DNA of 64,000 nucleotides from a virus (taxonomy: Duplodnaviria; Caudoviricetes). The DNA lies in IMG/VR virus record IMGVR_UViG_3300049794_000047. One strand, written 5' to 3'. The position numbers and the translations under genes were made by a program. The first letter of the stretch is position 1; the number at the start of each line of letters is the position of its first letter. The notes under the pieces were generated by a model that saw only the letters and a list, made by a program, of their open reading frames with translations, was not told the DNA's origin and ran no database searches. Below are positions 33,210 to 43,191 of the stretch, in pieces.

Positions 33210-33596
33210 TCATCGCCGCCCTCGGTGCTGCGCACTTCGCTTGGCGGCAGCACGAGCTGCCAGCGCAATCGTGACAGCCTGCCGCGCCTCCACACGCCCC
33301 TCGATCGCCTCCTCGAGCATCTGCATCGTTTCGGCGTCGCGGGCACTGAGCTTCCACGGAGGGCTCTGAGCGCGGTAGCGCGCTTCCTTGGTCTTGAAGT
33401 GTTCGTGCTGCCGCGCTAGTTCGGTCACTGGAAACAGCTTGACGCAGCCATGCATCGCGCCGAGTTGACGCCCGTCCTCGACCTGAAAGCGAATCACATA
33501 ACGCCCGGTCGCGCCGCAGTGCGGACAGGTGGCCCCTGCGCCGCAGTCGTCGGTGCCCAGGAAGCGCACGATGAGCGGCAGGCTAGCGGTTGTCAT
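33210..33596 (-). CDS. Zn-finger hypothetical protein
   Basis: CPHCG..GC motif. Confidence 0.55.
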   Translation of the reverse strand: MTTASLPLIVRFLGTDDCGAGATCPHCGATGRYVIRFQVEDGRQLGAMHGCVKLFPVTELARQHEHFKTKEARYRAQSPPWKLSARDAETMQMLEEAIEGRVEARQAVTIALAARAAAKRSAQHRGRR

Positions 33597-34106
33597 GGCA
33601 TCTTCTTGCCTTGCGGGCGGCGCGCCAGACCACGTACGCGCTAAGTCAGTGACTGCACTGACCAGGGTACGAAGTTACCCGTGGCGTTACAGGGAGGGTG
33701 TCCATCTACCCAGAATACGGGCTGCGTCAGATCGTGCGGTGCCTCAGGCATGGTGAGCGTACTATCGCCGATGGCGAAGGTGCTCCCGACGACATGGACG
33801 CATTCCCAGTTGCAGGAACACGAGGCCGTCGCCTTGCGTTCATCGTACGTCTCGCTTGTCACGGGCAGCACTGTTGCATTCACGGTGGCGTCCCCTCAGA
33901 GCGTGGGCACAGTTCGCGGCGCCGCATGGGACCGCAAGCGGCGGTCGGGGCGACGTCGATGAGGCGGCGGCCGCAGGTCGGTTGCGAGCGCGCCGGGCAG
34001 AGCTTCGTCGGTGGCGCCGGCCGGGATGAAGTGGTGTAGGCCGGCGCGGGTCGGCTGCGAGCGCACCAGCCGGATGACGATCGCTCGACGGTGAGCGTGA
34101 GGGTCG

Positions 34107-35501
34107 CTACGCGCTCACGGTGATGAAGCGCAGGATGTTGTAGGTGAGGGCGAAGAGACAGGCGGTGCCGGTGACCTTGTCGAGGCCGCGCAACGCGGTG
34201 GCGGCCATGCCGCGATGGGCTTTTGCGTCGGCGTTTACCGTCTCGGCGGTCGCGGCGCGCTGCTTGTAGATCTGCTTGGCCTCGTCGGTGCCCATGCGGA
34301 CGCGCCAGGCGGCGACGGCGTCGCTGTCGCCAGGCTTGGGCAGATGAGGGTCGATCGGTGGTTGGTCTGGCGTCTCGGACGCCTTGCTACGCGGCTTGGG
34401 CACCGGCGCGTAGAGGGTCACGCCCGCGGCGGTGGCCTCGTCGATGGCGTCGTGACTGGGATAGCCACCATCGACGAGCAGCTCGGTGGGGCGGACCCCC
34501 GTGCGAGCCTCGATCTGTTCGAGCATCGGGGTGGCTTGGCCTTGGTCGGTGCCGCGGTTGGTGACGCTGACGCCGACGATGGCGCGAGCGGCGTCCGTGG
34601 TGGTGGCGAACTGGGCGTTGAAGGCCGGGCGGAAGCCACCGTCGGGCATCTTCATGACGCGGGCGTCGGGATCGGTGGTGGACACGCGGGGGGTCGCGTC
34701 CTTGGCGCCGCTCTTCTTCTTGATCGCGGCGACGTCGGGGAGCTCGGCGAGCTCGGCGAGCGCGTGCTCGAGCCGTGCGAGCCGATCCTGTGCGACGCGC
34801 GCCATCGTCGCGGCGTGGCGGGCCGTGAGCGCGGGGTCGGTCGCCGCGCGGGTAACCTCGACGAGGTGGGCGCGAGCATCGAGCATGAGCCGCTCGAGCG
34901 ACTCACCGCTGCGAAACGATGCAGCGCCGGCGGACGCGCGGATGCGGGTGCCGTCCTGGGCGACGCAATGAAGATCGATGAGGTCGTGTTTCATGAGTCG
35001 CGCCAGGAGCTGGGTCACGAGTTCGCTGAACACGTCACCGTGGTCGCTGCGGAAGTCGTTGAGGCGGTGATAGGCGACCGCGACGCCGCCGCACAGCCAG
35101 CGGTAGGCGGCGTGGAGCTCGACGAGCCGCGCGATCTCGCGCCCCGAGCCGACGCCGTCACTGGTGGCGTAGACCCAGAGCCCCAGGAGGATCTTGGGGT
35201 CGGTGGCGGGTGCGCCGGCGATCTCGCCGCGGGCGCGGACGTCGGCGTAGAGCCCGCGCAGATCGAGCTTGTCGACGACGGCGGCGATCGCGCGCACCTC
35301 GTGATCGGCGGGCACCTCGGCGTCGAGGTCGACCCGTCCCCAGGTGATCTGGCCGCGCTGCGCGCGCTTGACTCGCACGTCGCGCTCCGGCTGCACCGGG
35401 CAACTCGGCCCGGCCGACCCGGCGGCTTCGTCGGTGGCGCCGGCCCACAACTCGGGCTGGATCGCTGCCCCCGTGCGGGGTGCCGACCGCTTGCGTCTCA
35501 T
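34107..35501 (-). CDS. IS1182-family DDE transposase
   Basis: DPKILLGLWVYA..SGREI, AQDGTRIRASA, STTDPDARVMK, LVDGGY and YKQRAATAE. Confidence 0.9.
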   Translation of the reverse strand: MRRKRSAPRTGAAIQPELWAGATDEAAGSAGPSCPVQPERDVRVKRAQRGQITWGRVDLDAEVPADHEVRAIAAVVDKLDLRGLYADVRARGEIAGAPATDPKILLGLWVYATSDGVGSGREIARLVELHAAYRWLCGGVAVAYHRLNDFRSDHGDVFSELVTQLLARLMKHDLIDLHCVAQDGTRIRASAGAASFRSGESLERLMLDARAHLVEVTRAATDPALTARHAATMARVAQDRLARLEHALAELAELPDVAAIKKKSGAKDATPRVSTTDPDARVMKMPDGGFRPAFNAQFATTTDAARAIVGVSVTNRGTDQGQATPMLEQIEARTGVRPTELLVDGGYPSHDAIDEATAAGVTLYAPVPKPRSKASETPDQPPIDPHLPKPGDSDAVAAWRVRMGTDEAKQIYKQRAATAETVNADAKAHRGMAATALRGLDKVTGTACLFALTYNILRFITVSA

Positions 35502-36134
35502 GGCCCCGCTCGCTTCCAGCTCTCGCGCAAGAGCCAGGTCTGGGCCGGCGGCAACGCCAGGTCGAGCGCGCCCGCCGACGAGTACGGATCGACGTAGCCG
35601 GGCGCATAGGTCTCGCCGCGCTGGGCGGCGTGCTTGCGCGCGTTGTCGCGGACGTAGCGCATGGCGTGGCGGACCTCGGTGGGCGTGCGCAAGACGCGCG
35701 CGTGATAGCGGTCGTCGAACACGCGGCCCGAGCGCCCCATCATCCGGTTGAGCCCCTTGGCGACGCGGATCGAGAAGCCCTGGACCGCGCGGGCGAGCGC
35801 GCGGCGGTTGGGCGCCTCGACCAGCAGGTGGATGTGGTTGCCTTGGACCGAGAACTGGATGACGCGGACGTCGAAGCGATCGCCACCGATCCGGAGCGCC
35901 GCCGCGATGACGCGGAACGAGCGCCGGCTGCGCAGGTTGTAGACGTGCGGCGCCATGCGCAAGGTGACGTGGAGCGGCATCGGGCGGGTCCACTCGCCGC
36001 GCGAGCGATGTGCCACGCCGGCGCGCGCACCGCGGGGTTTGCGGCCCGCGCCAGCGCGCTTGCCACCCCAGGTCCGGAACTCGAGCGCGAGCTGGCGGGG
36101 GCGACGCCGGGGCACGGGTGGGGGTGACGCCGTC
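35498..36134 (-). CDS. REP-associated (RAYT-like) Y1/HUH transposase
   Basis: PLHVTLR, QGNHIHLLVEA, GRVFDDRYH and RYVRDN; start uncertain. Confidence 0.85.
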
Positions 36135-36262
36135 ATCTTGATTAAGCATATATTGTCACGACCGTCGGGAAACGCAAGGGCTCTCATCAATCAGGTCCTC
36201 GCGCAGGCGGCGTCCCCACGGGCTAACCGGCGCTGATAGGTGAGATCTTGACGAGCGTGATC

Positions 36263-36370
36263 GCCGCTCCGGCGACCGCTGCCGCTGCCGCTCCGGCGAC
36301 CGCTGCCGCTGCCGCTGCCGCTGCCGCTCCGGCGACCGCTGCCGCTGCCCGCTGCCGCTCCGGCGACCGC
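36263..36370. repeat. GCCGCT / CCGGCGACCGCT hexamer-based repeat tract
   Basis: Directly visible between the RAYT and four-helix-bundle genes. Confidence 0.85.
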
Positions 36371-36690
36371 GGCGGAAGCGCTGCCGGTCGTCGGCGAGCT
36401 GTGGCCGAAGCTGGCTCCTGCGCAGCGAGTCCTGCGTGTTCGCGTCGCTCGCGGTGTCACATCACGCCCCGTGCTTGGCCCCGCGCCGAGGCCGTCGCCC
36501 TTGCGCCGCTCTCGCGCACCGTCCCGCGCCGAGCGCTCGATCCACCGACATCACGCCAAGGGCGTCCCCACAGGTGATCGATCGGCGAGCCGCGAGCGGC
36601 GGTGCCGCGCTCGTCACGGGACGTGCGCTCCGCGGACGCATCGGGCGACGACGGCCCCGGCGCTCGGAGGCCAAGCATAAGGGGGTTCTG

Positions 36691-37011
36691 ATGTTCGATA
36701 CGCTCGAGATGTCGCTCACGGTGCTGGAACGACTCGCTCCGCTGGAGCCCAAGCTCCGCCTGCGCCGCAAGTCGCTCGCCGACGAGGTCGGCCGCGCTGC
36801 CGAATCGATCGCGCGCAACGTCAGCGAAGCGCGGCAGCGTGCCGGCCTCGATCGCGCCGACCTGTTCCGCCGTGCCGCCGGCTCCGCAAGCGAGCTCACC
36901 ACGGCGCTGCGCATCGCGCAGGCACGCGGCTACATCACGCCCGCCGACTTCGCCGCCGTCGATGCGGTGCTGGATCGAGTTCGCGCGATGCTGTGGCGGC
37001 TCACGCACTGA
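36691..37011 (+). CDS. four-helix-bundle protein (23S rRNA-IVP/bAvd-like)
   Basis: LADEVGRAAESIARNVSEA..FRRAAGSASEL..GYI..LDRVRAMLWRL. Confidence 0.85.
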   Translation: MFDTLEMSLTVLERLAPLEPKLRLRRKSLADEVGRAAESIARNVSEARQRAGLDRADLFRRAAGSASELTTALRIAQARGYITPADFAAVDAVLDRVRAMLWRLTH

Positions 37012-37299
37012 GTGGCCGGAGGACGTCCGCGCGGAGCTGTCCCGGGTGCGGCGCGGCGCGCGGATCTCGAGCGGTAGCTCTGCCAGTTGCTCGGCATCGA
37101 CCAGCAACGCCACGCGCCGGCCGGGCGTCGAGCCCGGGCTGGCTGTGGGGCTCCGCCGCGTCCCGGCAGGCTCCCAGTCGTCATCCCGAGCCTTCCAGGG
37201 CCATCGGCGGCTCCGTCTTCAGCTCACGATCCTGGCGCGCCGAATCGTGCCCAGGCTCTCAGTCTTCGTCACGAGACGCGAGCACTGAGGTCCCACCCG

Positions 37300-38538
37300 C
37301 TAGAGTGCCTGAACGAGGCGCCCCTGGACGCCACAGAAAAAGAGCGCACTTTCCTTACAGTCCTCTCCACGCGTCGTGACCAAGACGAAGTCTTGACCTA
37401 CGTGCACGGGATCTAGCGTCATGTGACTGCCGACGGTGCGGCCAGCGAAAGATTGACCTGGAAGGTCACCGCCGTTGGCGGCGAGCTGACAACGAATTCC
37501 GATCATGATGTTGTTGACGATCCAGTCGTCTTGGTGAGCGATAACCAGGCGCTCTGGTAGAAAGTCCCTCTGCGGTCGAGCGGTAATCTGCGCGCTTTGT
37601 GTCGACAAGATCGGCACGCGTGTGGACATTGGTAAGAAATAGCTGACCGTGCGCTGGGCGTTCGTGAGTTTCGTGGTGCCCGACAAATCGACCACGAGAC
37701 GCGCGGAGGGGTTGTTCCCGATATAGGTCGCCACAATCTCGACACGATCTTTCGCTGCCAAGGGTTCCAAGATCACAGGGACGGAATCCAAGAACATTTC
37801 CCCGGGCAGCTCTCCTGCTTGCACGAAGATTGATTTTCCGCGTGTTCGAATATCGTTTACGATCCAGTCCTTTGCATCCGCGATTGTGAGGCGATCGACG
37901 AATAGAGCCGGGGACGTGAGGGTCAACGACAGTTTGATGGTTTTGTTAGCCAGCACGCTTTTGGATTCTGCGCGCTCTGCAACGCGCTCGGAAGCGCTTG
38001 CGTCGTGGTGCTCCGTCGCCTTTGTCGGAGGACAACTTTCCCATCCAAACAAGGCTGCCTCGAAGCCCTCACCTTGTTCACTCGAACCTGTATAGGTCAC
38101 CACGGCCACGATTTCTTCGCCGCAACGAACTTTTCGTGAAGTGAGTGGGTGCCAGGCGTCCAGCGAGAACGCCGAGGCATCGCAAGAGTCCGCCTCGATG
38201 AGCGAGGCTTTGGAACCTGTCCAACTTTCGACTGTGAGCTGGTGAATGTCCCAACGCTCCGCGTTCTTGATCAAGAGGCGCTCAGGCCAAAACGCGTCAA
38301 GTTGAGGTCGCACCGTGACCTGAGCAGACTGCCCAGGCAGGATTTTGACATTGACAGGGGTGCTCAACGATAGCGGGACGCGGCGGGCATCCTTCGGAGT
38401 ACTTGTGGTATTCGATGGATTGGGCGCTTCGCTAGCTGTCAGTGATCTCCAAGCAGCTTGGTAGCTCTCGCCGGTCTTGTTTTGGCGCTCACGCACGCTG
38501 AGCTGCAACGCGCGATCCCGTTTCTTATCGTCTCTCAT
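37300..38538 (-). CDS. beta-rich repeat-domain protein (3 units) with N-terminal KTGESYQAA helix
   Basis: ILPGQSAQVTVRPQ..PERLLI; DWIVNDI..GELPG; ILSTQSAQITARPQ..PERLVI. Confidence 0.8.
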   Translation of the reverse strand: MRDDKKRDRALQLSVRERQNKTGESYQAAWRSLTASEAPNPSNTTSTPKDARRVPLSLSTPVNVKILPGQSAQVTVRPQLDAFWPERLLIKNAERWDIHQLTVESWTGSKASLIEADSCDASAFSLDAWHPLTSRKVRCGEEIVAVVTYTGSSEQGEGFEAALFGWESCPPTKATEHHDASASERVAERAESKSVLANKTIKLSLTLTSPALFVDRLTIADAKDWIVNDIRTRGKSIFVQAGELPGEMFLDSVPVILEPLAAKDRVEIVATYIGNNPSARLVVDLSGTTKLTNAQRTVSYFLPMSTRVPILSTQSAQITARPQRDFLPERLVIAHQDDWIVNNIMIGIRCQLAANGGDLPGQSFAGRTVGSHMTLDPVHVGQDFVLVTTRGEDCKESALFFCGVQGRLVQAL

Positions 38539-38901
38539 TGAAACCTCTCGTTGTCTCGTCCGAGCTGTCCCGCACCGACGGCCCGTCCGAGCAGAGAGAT
38601 TCAAGAGCGCATCCCGGTGGGTCATCCCCTTCATCCCCGCGAAGCGACCAAGGTGCGGTTGGTCGATGGGGCTCAGGCATCCCGGTAGGTGCCGAGATTA
38701 GGTTATCATGTTGGAGACCTGATCCGCAAGCGATGCATGCCCCAGCGGCAACAAAAGCATGCGTTTCTTGTTGTGTTTCATTACCTTGGAGATCAGCGTG
38801 GGTGCCCATCTACCTAGAATACGGGATGCGTCAGATGCCCGTAGGCCACGTGATCTCCTCAAATTTTGAGAGAACCTTTCAGAAATGGTTAGGCTGCCAA
38901 C

Positions 38902-39201
38902 ATGCCGAAGAAGAGCGCCGCCCAACTTGACAGCGAGATCGCCGTCGCCCGGATGATCGGACGTCACGTCGCGTCCAAGTGGCATGGCCGCGCGGACGGC
39001 GAAAGCGTTCAATGGAAATCGTTCGGCGCGTCCATGACCGATGTGCTCGTGCGCGATGTTCCGAGCAATCGGCTCAACTGGCACGCGAGCCAGGGCCTCA
39101 CACCGATCGATGGTAAAGGTCCACTGCCATCACGTACTGAGGTACGTGAAAGTCGTCGCCGCGAGATGGCGTTGCCTCAGAACCAGGGATCGCTGGGGTA
39201 G
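38902..39201 (+). CDS. hypothetical protein with KKSAAQLDSEI motif
   Basis: 99 aa; TGgTTAGGCT box just upstream. Confidence 0.65.
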   Translation: MPKKSAAQLDSEIAVARMIGRHVASKWHGRADGESVQWKSFGASMTDVLVRDVPSNRLNWHASQGLTPIDGKGPLPSRTEVRESRRREMALPQNQGSLG

Positions 39202-39325
39202 TCTCGAGGCAGCTCGTTCGATTGCGGGGCGTTCGATCGGGCTTGGACACCGCCTCAGTCTCGAACCGCGGGATTTAGGGGCAACCACATCGAATCAGGG
39301 GCAGGCGAATGAAAGGCGCCTGTTA

Positions 39326-39411
39326 GGGGCTGGAACGAAATAACCTAGTCATTTCGGGTGAATCTTCGTCGGAAAATCGGTCAAATGGCCAAGTTAATAA
39401 AGTCCAGCCCC
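39326..39411 (-). mobile_element. 86-bp MITE copy (TSD TTA)
   Basis: TIRs and TSD visible. Confidence 0.93.
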
Positions 39412-39562
39412 TTAGCGATCCTCGACGGAGAAGCGACAGCGATTCAATGTCACACGGGCGCAGTACGACATCGTGGACACCCCTCGCCGCATCCTGGCAG
39501 GGGAACAGAACCACAGCGGCCCGCCGACGGTTGCAACCCGCCGACGAGCCAAGGAGTCCACG

Positions 39563-39880
39563 ATGTCGAAGCATCGCAACCCCCGGCCGAAGGTACCGAA
39601 GCGGCCCACCCCTGACAACCCCGACCCCGGCGTCCTGGTCGGGCGCCTCTACAGCGACCTGGTCGAGCTGGAGGGCCTGGCCGTCACCGCCGACGAGTAC
39701 GTCACGGCGCTGCCGGTGTTCCCGACGGGCAGGTACAGGCGCACCCTGCGGCGCCTCTACGTGCTCGTCGGCGCAACCGCCGGACGAGCCAGCGCGGTGC
39801 TGGAGCGGAGCGAAGGCGTCCTCGCTCAACTGGCAACAACCCCCGGGGGTCGGCGCCCGCCGATCCGCCGAGTACGCTGA
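39563..39880 (+). CDS. hypothetical helical protein
   Basis: AAGGAG RBS; paralog near 18300. Confidence 0.65.
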   Translation: MSKHRNPRPKVPKRPTPDNPDPGVLVGRLYSDLVELEGLAVTADEYVTALPVFPTGRYRRTLRRLYVLVGATAGRASAVLERSEGVLAQLATTPGGRRPPIRRVR

Positions 39881-40325
39881 GTTTCTGTTTCGCGCGTGTC
39901 TGCTGATCTGGGTCGGCAAGACGGCAACACACGTTCACGATATAACGGTCGTGAACGTCTCGATCACGCGTCCGTCGCGAACGATCGCGATCCCGCGGCT
40001 ACCCGAGAGTACGCCCCACGGGCCGTCCCAGTAGTAGAGGGAGTCACCGGGTCGACAGACGCTGCGGATGAGGCGGGGAGGATGCTGCTTGCCCTCGAAG
40101 TCTATCCATCCCCCGCCGCGTTGGAGGACCAGCTCGTCGCGTTGCCATGGATCGAGGTCCGGTCGCGCGGCGATCACGTCGGGTGTGAGCGGATAAAGCG
40201 TCAGTCCTTGGTGATTGATCATGGGATGTCCTTAGCCAGTTGATTCCCTTCGGGTTCGCGAAGCTGGGAGAGACAGTGGACTTGATTGGGAGGCCGGCGC
40301 TTCCAGTCATCGACGAATCCTCTTA

Positions 40326-40411
40326 GGGGCTGGACTTTATTAACTTGGGCATTTGCCCGATTTTCGGACGAAGATCCACCCGAAATGACCAGGTTATTTC
40401 GTTCCAGCCCC
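40326..40411 (+). mobile_element. 86-bp MITE copy (TSD TTA)
   Basis: The TSD is the stop codon of the 40412 gene. Confidence 0.93.
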
Positions 40412-41290
40412 TTAGAGATCTGGGTCTGGATCCCAGCCGAAACCCGGAGGTGTTCGCTCGAACTTCGCGGGGACCGGCGGTAACTGTGTCGCGGTTTGGA
40501 AGTCGATTGATGTGCCGTTGAGTCGATTCTCTGCTCGTCGAATGGGTAACGGCAGAGATGGAAGGGACGGCCGGATCTCCTCTCCGAAGATCAACATCTC
40601 GAACGGGTGTCCCCTCAAGGTTTCCTCGTCAACACAGGTCACGACCACGACGATGTCCTGGCAAGGCTGACACGTGGTCATTGTAAGAGCGCGGCCAAGC
40701 TCGGCAGTCTCGGCGCCGATCACTCGGATCGGTACGACGATGTGCCCCTTGCCCGCCCTCTGTTCGATCTCGGTGGAGATCTCGAGAACCGGCAGGCCCT
40801 GGAGTCGAACGGCCCAGGTCTCACCTGGAACATCCTGGGAGCACGGGAATTGGCTGCAGTTCCCGACCTTGAGATCGTGGATGACGAAGTGTCGCGCAAG
40901 TCGGTCCGGAATCGCGACGCGGCGCCCACGAAATGGCACCTGGGGGCGCACGGTGATTTGCGCGGACTGCTTGGGGAGGATGGGCACACCTACACAGAGC
41001 GCAAGCATGGAATCTCGTACTTGCGGCTCTTGCTCGGTGACCTTCTCGGCGCGTAGGTGTTCCCATGCCTGGAGGTAAGCGCACACCTCGTCGTGAGACC
41101 CCATGAAGGTCGATCCGACGGCGGCCTTTCCGTCGACACAGCGTCGAACGGCACCGCGTTGTTGATCCCAGCTGATGATCTCGATCCCGAGATTGCGGGC
41201 ACGCTTCATGAGGTCGTCGGGTGGTCTCATGGCTGGCACGCGTATCCAGTCAGCGGTGACCGACGCTTCATTCCTGGTCTTGGTCGTCAT
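40412..41290 (-). CDS. beta-rich repeat-domain protein (1 unit)
   Basis: ILPKQSAQITVRPQVPF..FVIHDLKVGNCSQF..DVPGE..QDIVVVVT. Confidence 0.75.
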   Translation of the reverse strand: MTTKTRNEASVTADWIRVPAMRPPDDLMKRARNLGIEIISWDQQRGAVRRCVDGKAAVGSTFMGSHDEVCAYLQAWEHLRAEKVTEQEPQVRDSMLALCVGVPILPKQSAQITVRPQVPFRGRRVAIPDRLARHFVIHDLKVGNCSQFPCSQDVPGETWAVRLQGLPVLEISTEIEQRAGKGHIVVPIRVIGAETAELGRALTMTTCQPCQDIVVVVTCVDEETLRGHPFEMLIFGEEIRPSLPSLPLPIRRAENRLNGTSIDFQTATQLPPVPAKFERTPPGFGWDPDPDL

Positions 41291-41301
41291 TGGCACAAAG
41301 C

Positions 41302-41682
41302 TTACCGTGGCGTGGGACAAAACGGGAAGTTTCTCGAGCATTTTGTCCCGACCTGCTTGACGACCCGGAGAACCGCCTCGCGCGGTCGGTCCTCGACGAC
41401 GGTCTCCTCGTCGGCGAAGTCATCCGGTGGCCGACCACAGTGTGGGCACGTCCTCGGTGAGAGCAGCGCGCCCGCGAGCAGGTCATCGATCGACACGTCG
41501 GTCAGCCGCGCGACGCCGTAGGCGAGCCTCGCCGTGACGTCCCTCGTGCCGCGGAGCACCTTGCCGAGGCTGTCCGCCTTCACCCCGAGCGCGTCGGCGA
41601 GCGGCTGCCAGCCGCCAACCCGGAACCGCAGGAAGCGGATCGCGACGCGCACGTGTCGCTGTTCCCTGTCCGTGAGCCTCAC
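41302..41682 (-). CDS. XRE-like HTH + CPHC zinc-ribbon protein
   Basis: GWQPLADALGVKADSLGKVLRG..SIDDLLAG..CPHCGRPPDDF; GTGA overlap with the transposase stop. Confidence 0.8.
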   Translation of the reverse strand: MRLTDREQRHVRVAIRFLRFRVGGWQPLADALGVKADSLGKVLRGTRDVTARLAYGVARLTDVSIDDLLAGALLSPRTCPHCGRPPDDFADEETVVEDRPREAVLRVVKQVGTKCSRNFPFCPTPR

Positions 41683-42458
41683 GGCATCACCAGGCGCGAG
41701 AACTCGGCCTCGACCCCGAACTCCTCGATCGCGTGCACGATGCAGCTCAGGTTCCACAGGAGCACCTTCGCGAGCACCTCGTTCACCTGCGCCGCGAACA
41801 GCTTGGAGCGCACGCTGCCGCCGAACTTCGCCTTCATCGCGCCGAACGTCGACTCGACGTTGCTGCGCCGGTGGTAGTGCCTGAGGAACTCCTCGGCCTT
41901 GAGGTCGAAGTAGGCCCACATCTTCCGCCAGTGCTCGTTCGGGTGGTCCATCTCGCGGCTGTTCGACTTGAACGGCACGAAGGGCAGGGCGCCGACCGCG
42001 GCGATCGCATCGAGATTGGGCTCGGCCAGGTACGCCTTGTCGGCGCTGACCTCCCTCATCAGGAAGCGCCGGGCCGTCGCGTGGACGAGATCTTTGAACT
42101 GGAGCGAGTCGCCAGATCCGGTGCCCGTGCCGATCGTGACGCGCGCGGCGGTCACGACGTTCGTGAGCGTCCCGGTCGCGGCGTGCAGCTTCACCCAGTC
42201 GTGGATGAATCGCTGCTCCTTGTGCTTCGCGGCCCGCGAGCCGTGTCTCGTGCGAGATGGGCCTGGCGCGCGACAGATCCTTGATCCGACGATCGAGGTC
42301 AGCGTGCTCCAACTCGTGGATCCGGTCGCACTGCTCAAGAAGCTTGCGCAGTAATTCGAGGTTCGACATCTGCACCATGACGGGATGTCTCTCTCGTAGC
42401 TTGATCGAGAGAACTACGTCGAAGGGTCTGTGACCGGGTCAAAAAGACGTTTTGTCCC
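41314..42458 (-). mobile_element. internally deleted IS4/IS5-superfamily element carrying the HTH-Zn gene
   Basis: 11-bp inverted repeat GGGACAAAACG at both ends; no TSD found. Confidence 0.6.
41679..42250 (-). pseudogene. 5'-truncated DDE (DDE_Tnp_1-type) transposase
   Basis: WVKLHA, SADKAY and YHRRSNVESTF..K.KFG; first catalytic Asp region missing. Confidence 0.8.
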
Positions 42459-42492
42459 GAGCCAAGACCTCTTGACGCTCCCTGCTGCTTGG

Positions 42493-43191
42493 TCACCGCT
42501 CGTCGCGCTGACGCTTGAGCCAGCGCAGGCGGTGCTTCTTGATGACGTTCTCCCTGAAGTGCGCGACGAAGGTCTCGCGGCCGGTGATGAAGTCCGCATC
42601 GACGAGGCTCTGCGTGACCTGCTCGTCGGAGCGACCGAACCGCTGCTGCTCGGCGGCGAGGTAATCGCGCGCGACGGAGGGTGCCCGTCCCCCATCGTGG
42701 CGGCGCTGGTGGACCAGTTGATACTCGTAGACCGCAACGTGCGCGTTCAGCGTCTCGGCACAGTCCAGGAGCAGTCCGCCCTGGCGATGCCAGTGCACTG
42801 GCAGTGGACCGAGTTGCTCGTCGAGGGTGTCGACGAGCGCGAGGTCGCCGTGCTCCGTCGCGAACTTCGCGCGCAGTCGCCTGACGACCTCCGACTGCCC
42901 GTGCCGCCCGAGTTCCCTCGGATCGGTCCAGGTCCCCCGCTCAAGGCGCCGGGCGAGGCGGAAGACGTCCAGCGCCTCGCTCTCCAGCGCGTCCACGAGC
43001 TTGAGCGCCTGCAGCCGGATCTTCTTGCTCTCCAGCTTGGACAGCTCCAGGAACATGTTGAGGGCGTCGCGCCACGTCCTGGACGGCGGCGGCGGCGGTT
43101 CGGCGGCTGGCGACTCGACGCGCCGTGTCGACGAGTTGCCCCGGCCTCGTCGGCGGGGCTTGCCCCACGTTTTCTTGCGCTTCCCTGCCAC
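42493..43191 (-). CDS. hypothetical protein
   Basis: 232-aa ORF with a basic N-terminus. Confidence 0.55.
   Translation of the reverse strand: MAGKRKKTWGKPRRRGRGNSSTRRVESPAAEPPPPPSRTWRDALNMFLELSKLESKKIRLQALKLVDALESEALDVFRLARRLERGTWTDPRELGRHGQSEVVRRLRAKFATEHGDLALVDTLDEQLGPLPVHWHRQGGLLLDCAETLNAHVAVYEYQLVHQRRHDGGRAPSVARDYLAAEQQRFGRSDEQVTQSLVDADFITGRETFVAHFRENVIKKHRLRWLKRQRDER

Larger units (their letters stand above)
33899..37258 (-). mobile_element. composite IS1182-type transposon with RAYT and four-helix-bundle passengers
   Basis: Imperfect TIRs GAGCGTGGGCACAGTTCG / GAGCCTGGGCACGATTCG; TCA duplicated at 33896-33898 and 37259-37261; visibly higher GC. Confidence 0.8.

Noticed and set aside
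35502-36149. 216-aa N-terminal extension of the IS1182 transposase in the ORF track
   Set aside because: It overlaps the RAYT gene in another frame; the ATG at 35501 with ATGA coupling is the more plausible start
36263-37011. Diversity-generating retroelement suggested by the bAvd-like gene
   Set aside because: No reverse transcriptase and no TR/VR pair with adenine-specific differences was seen
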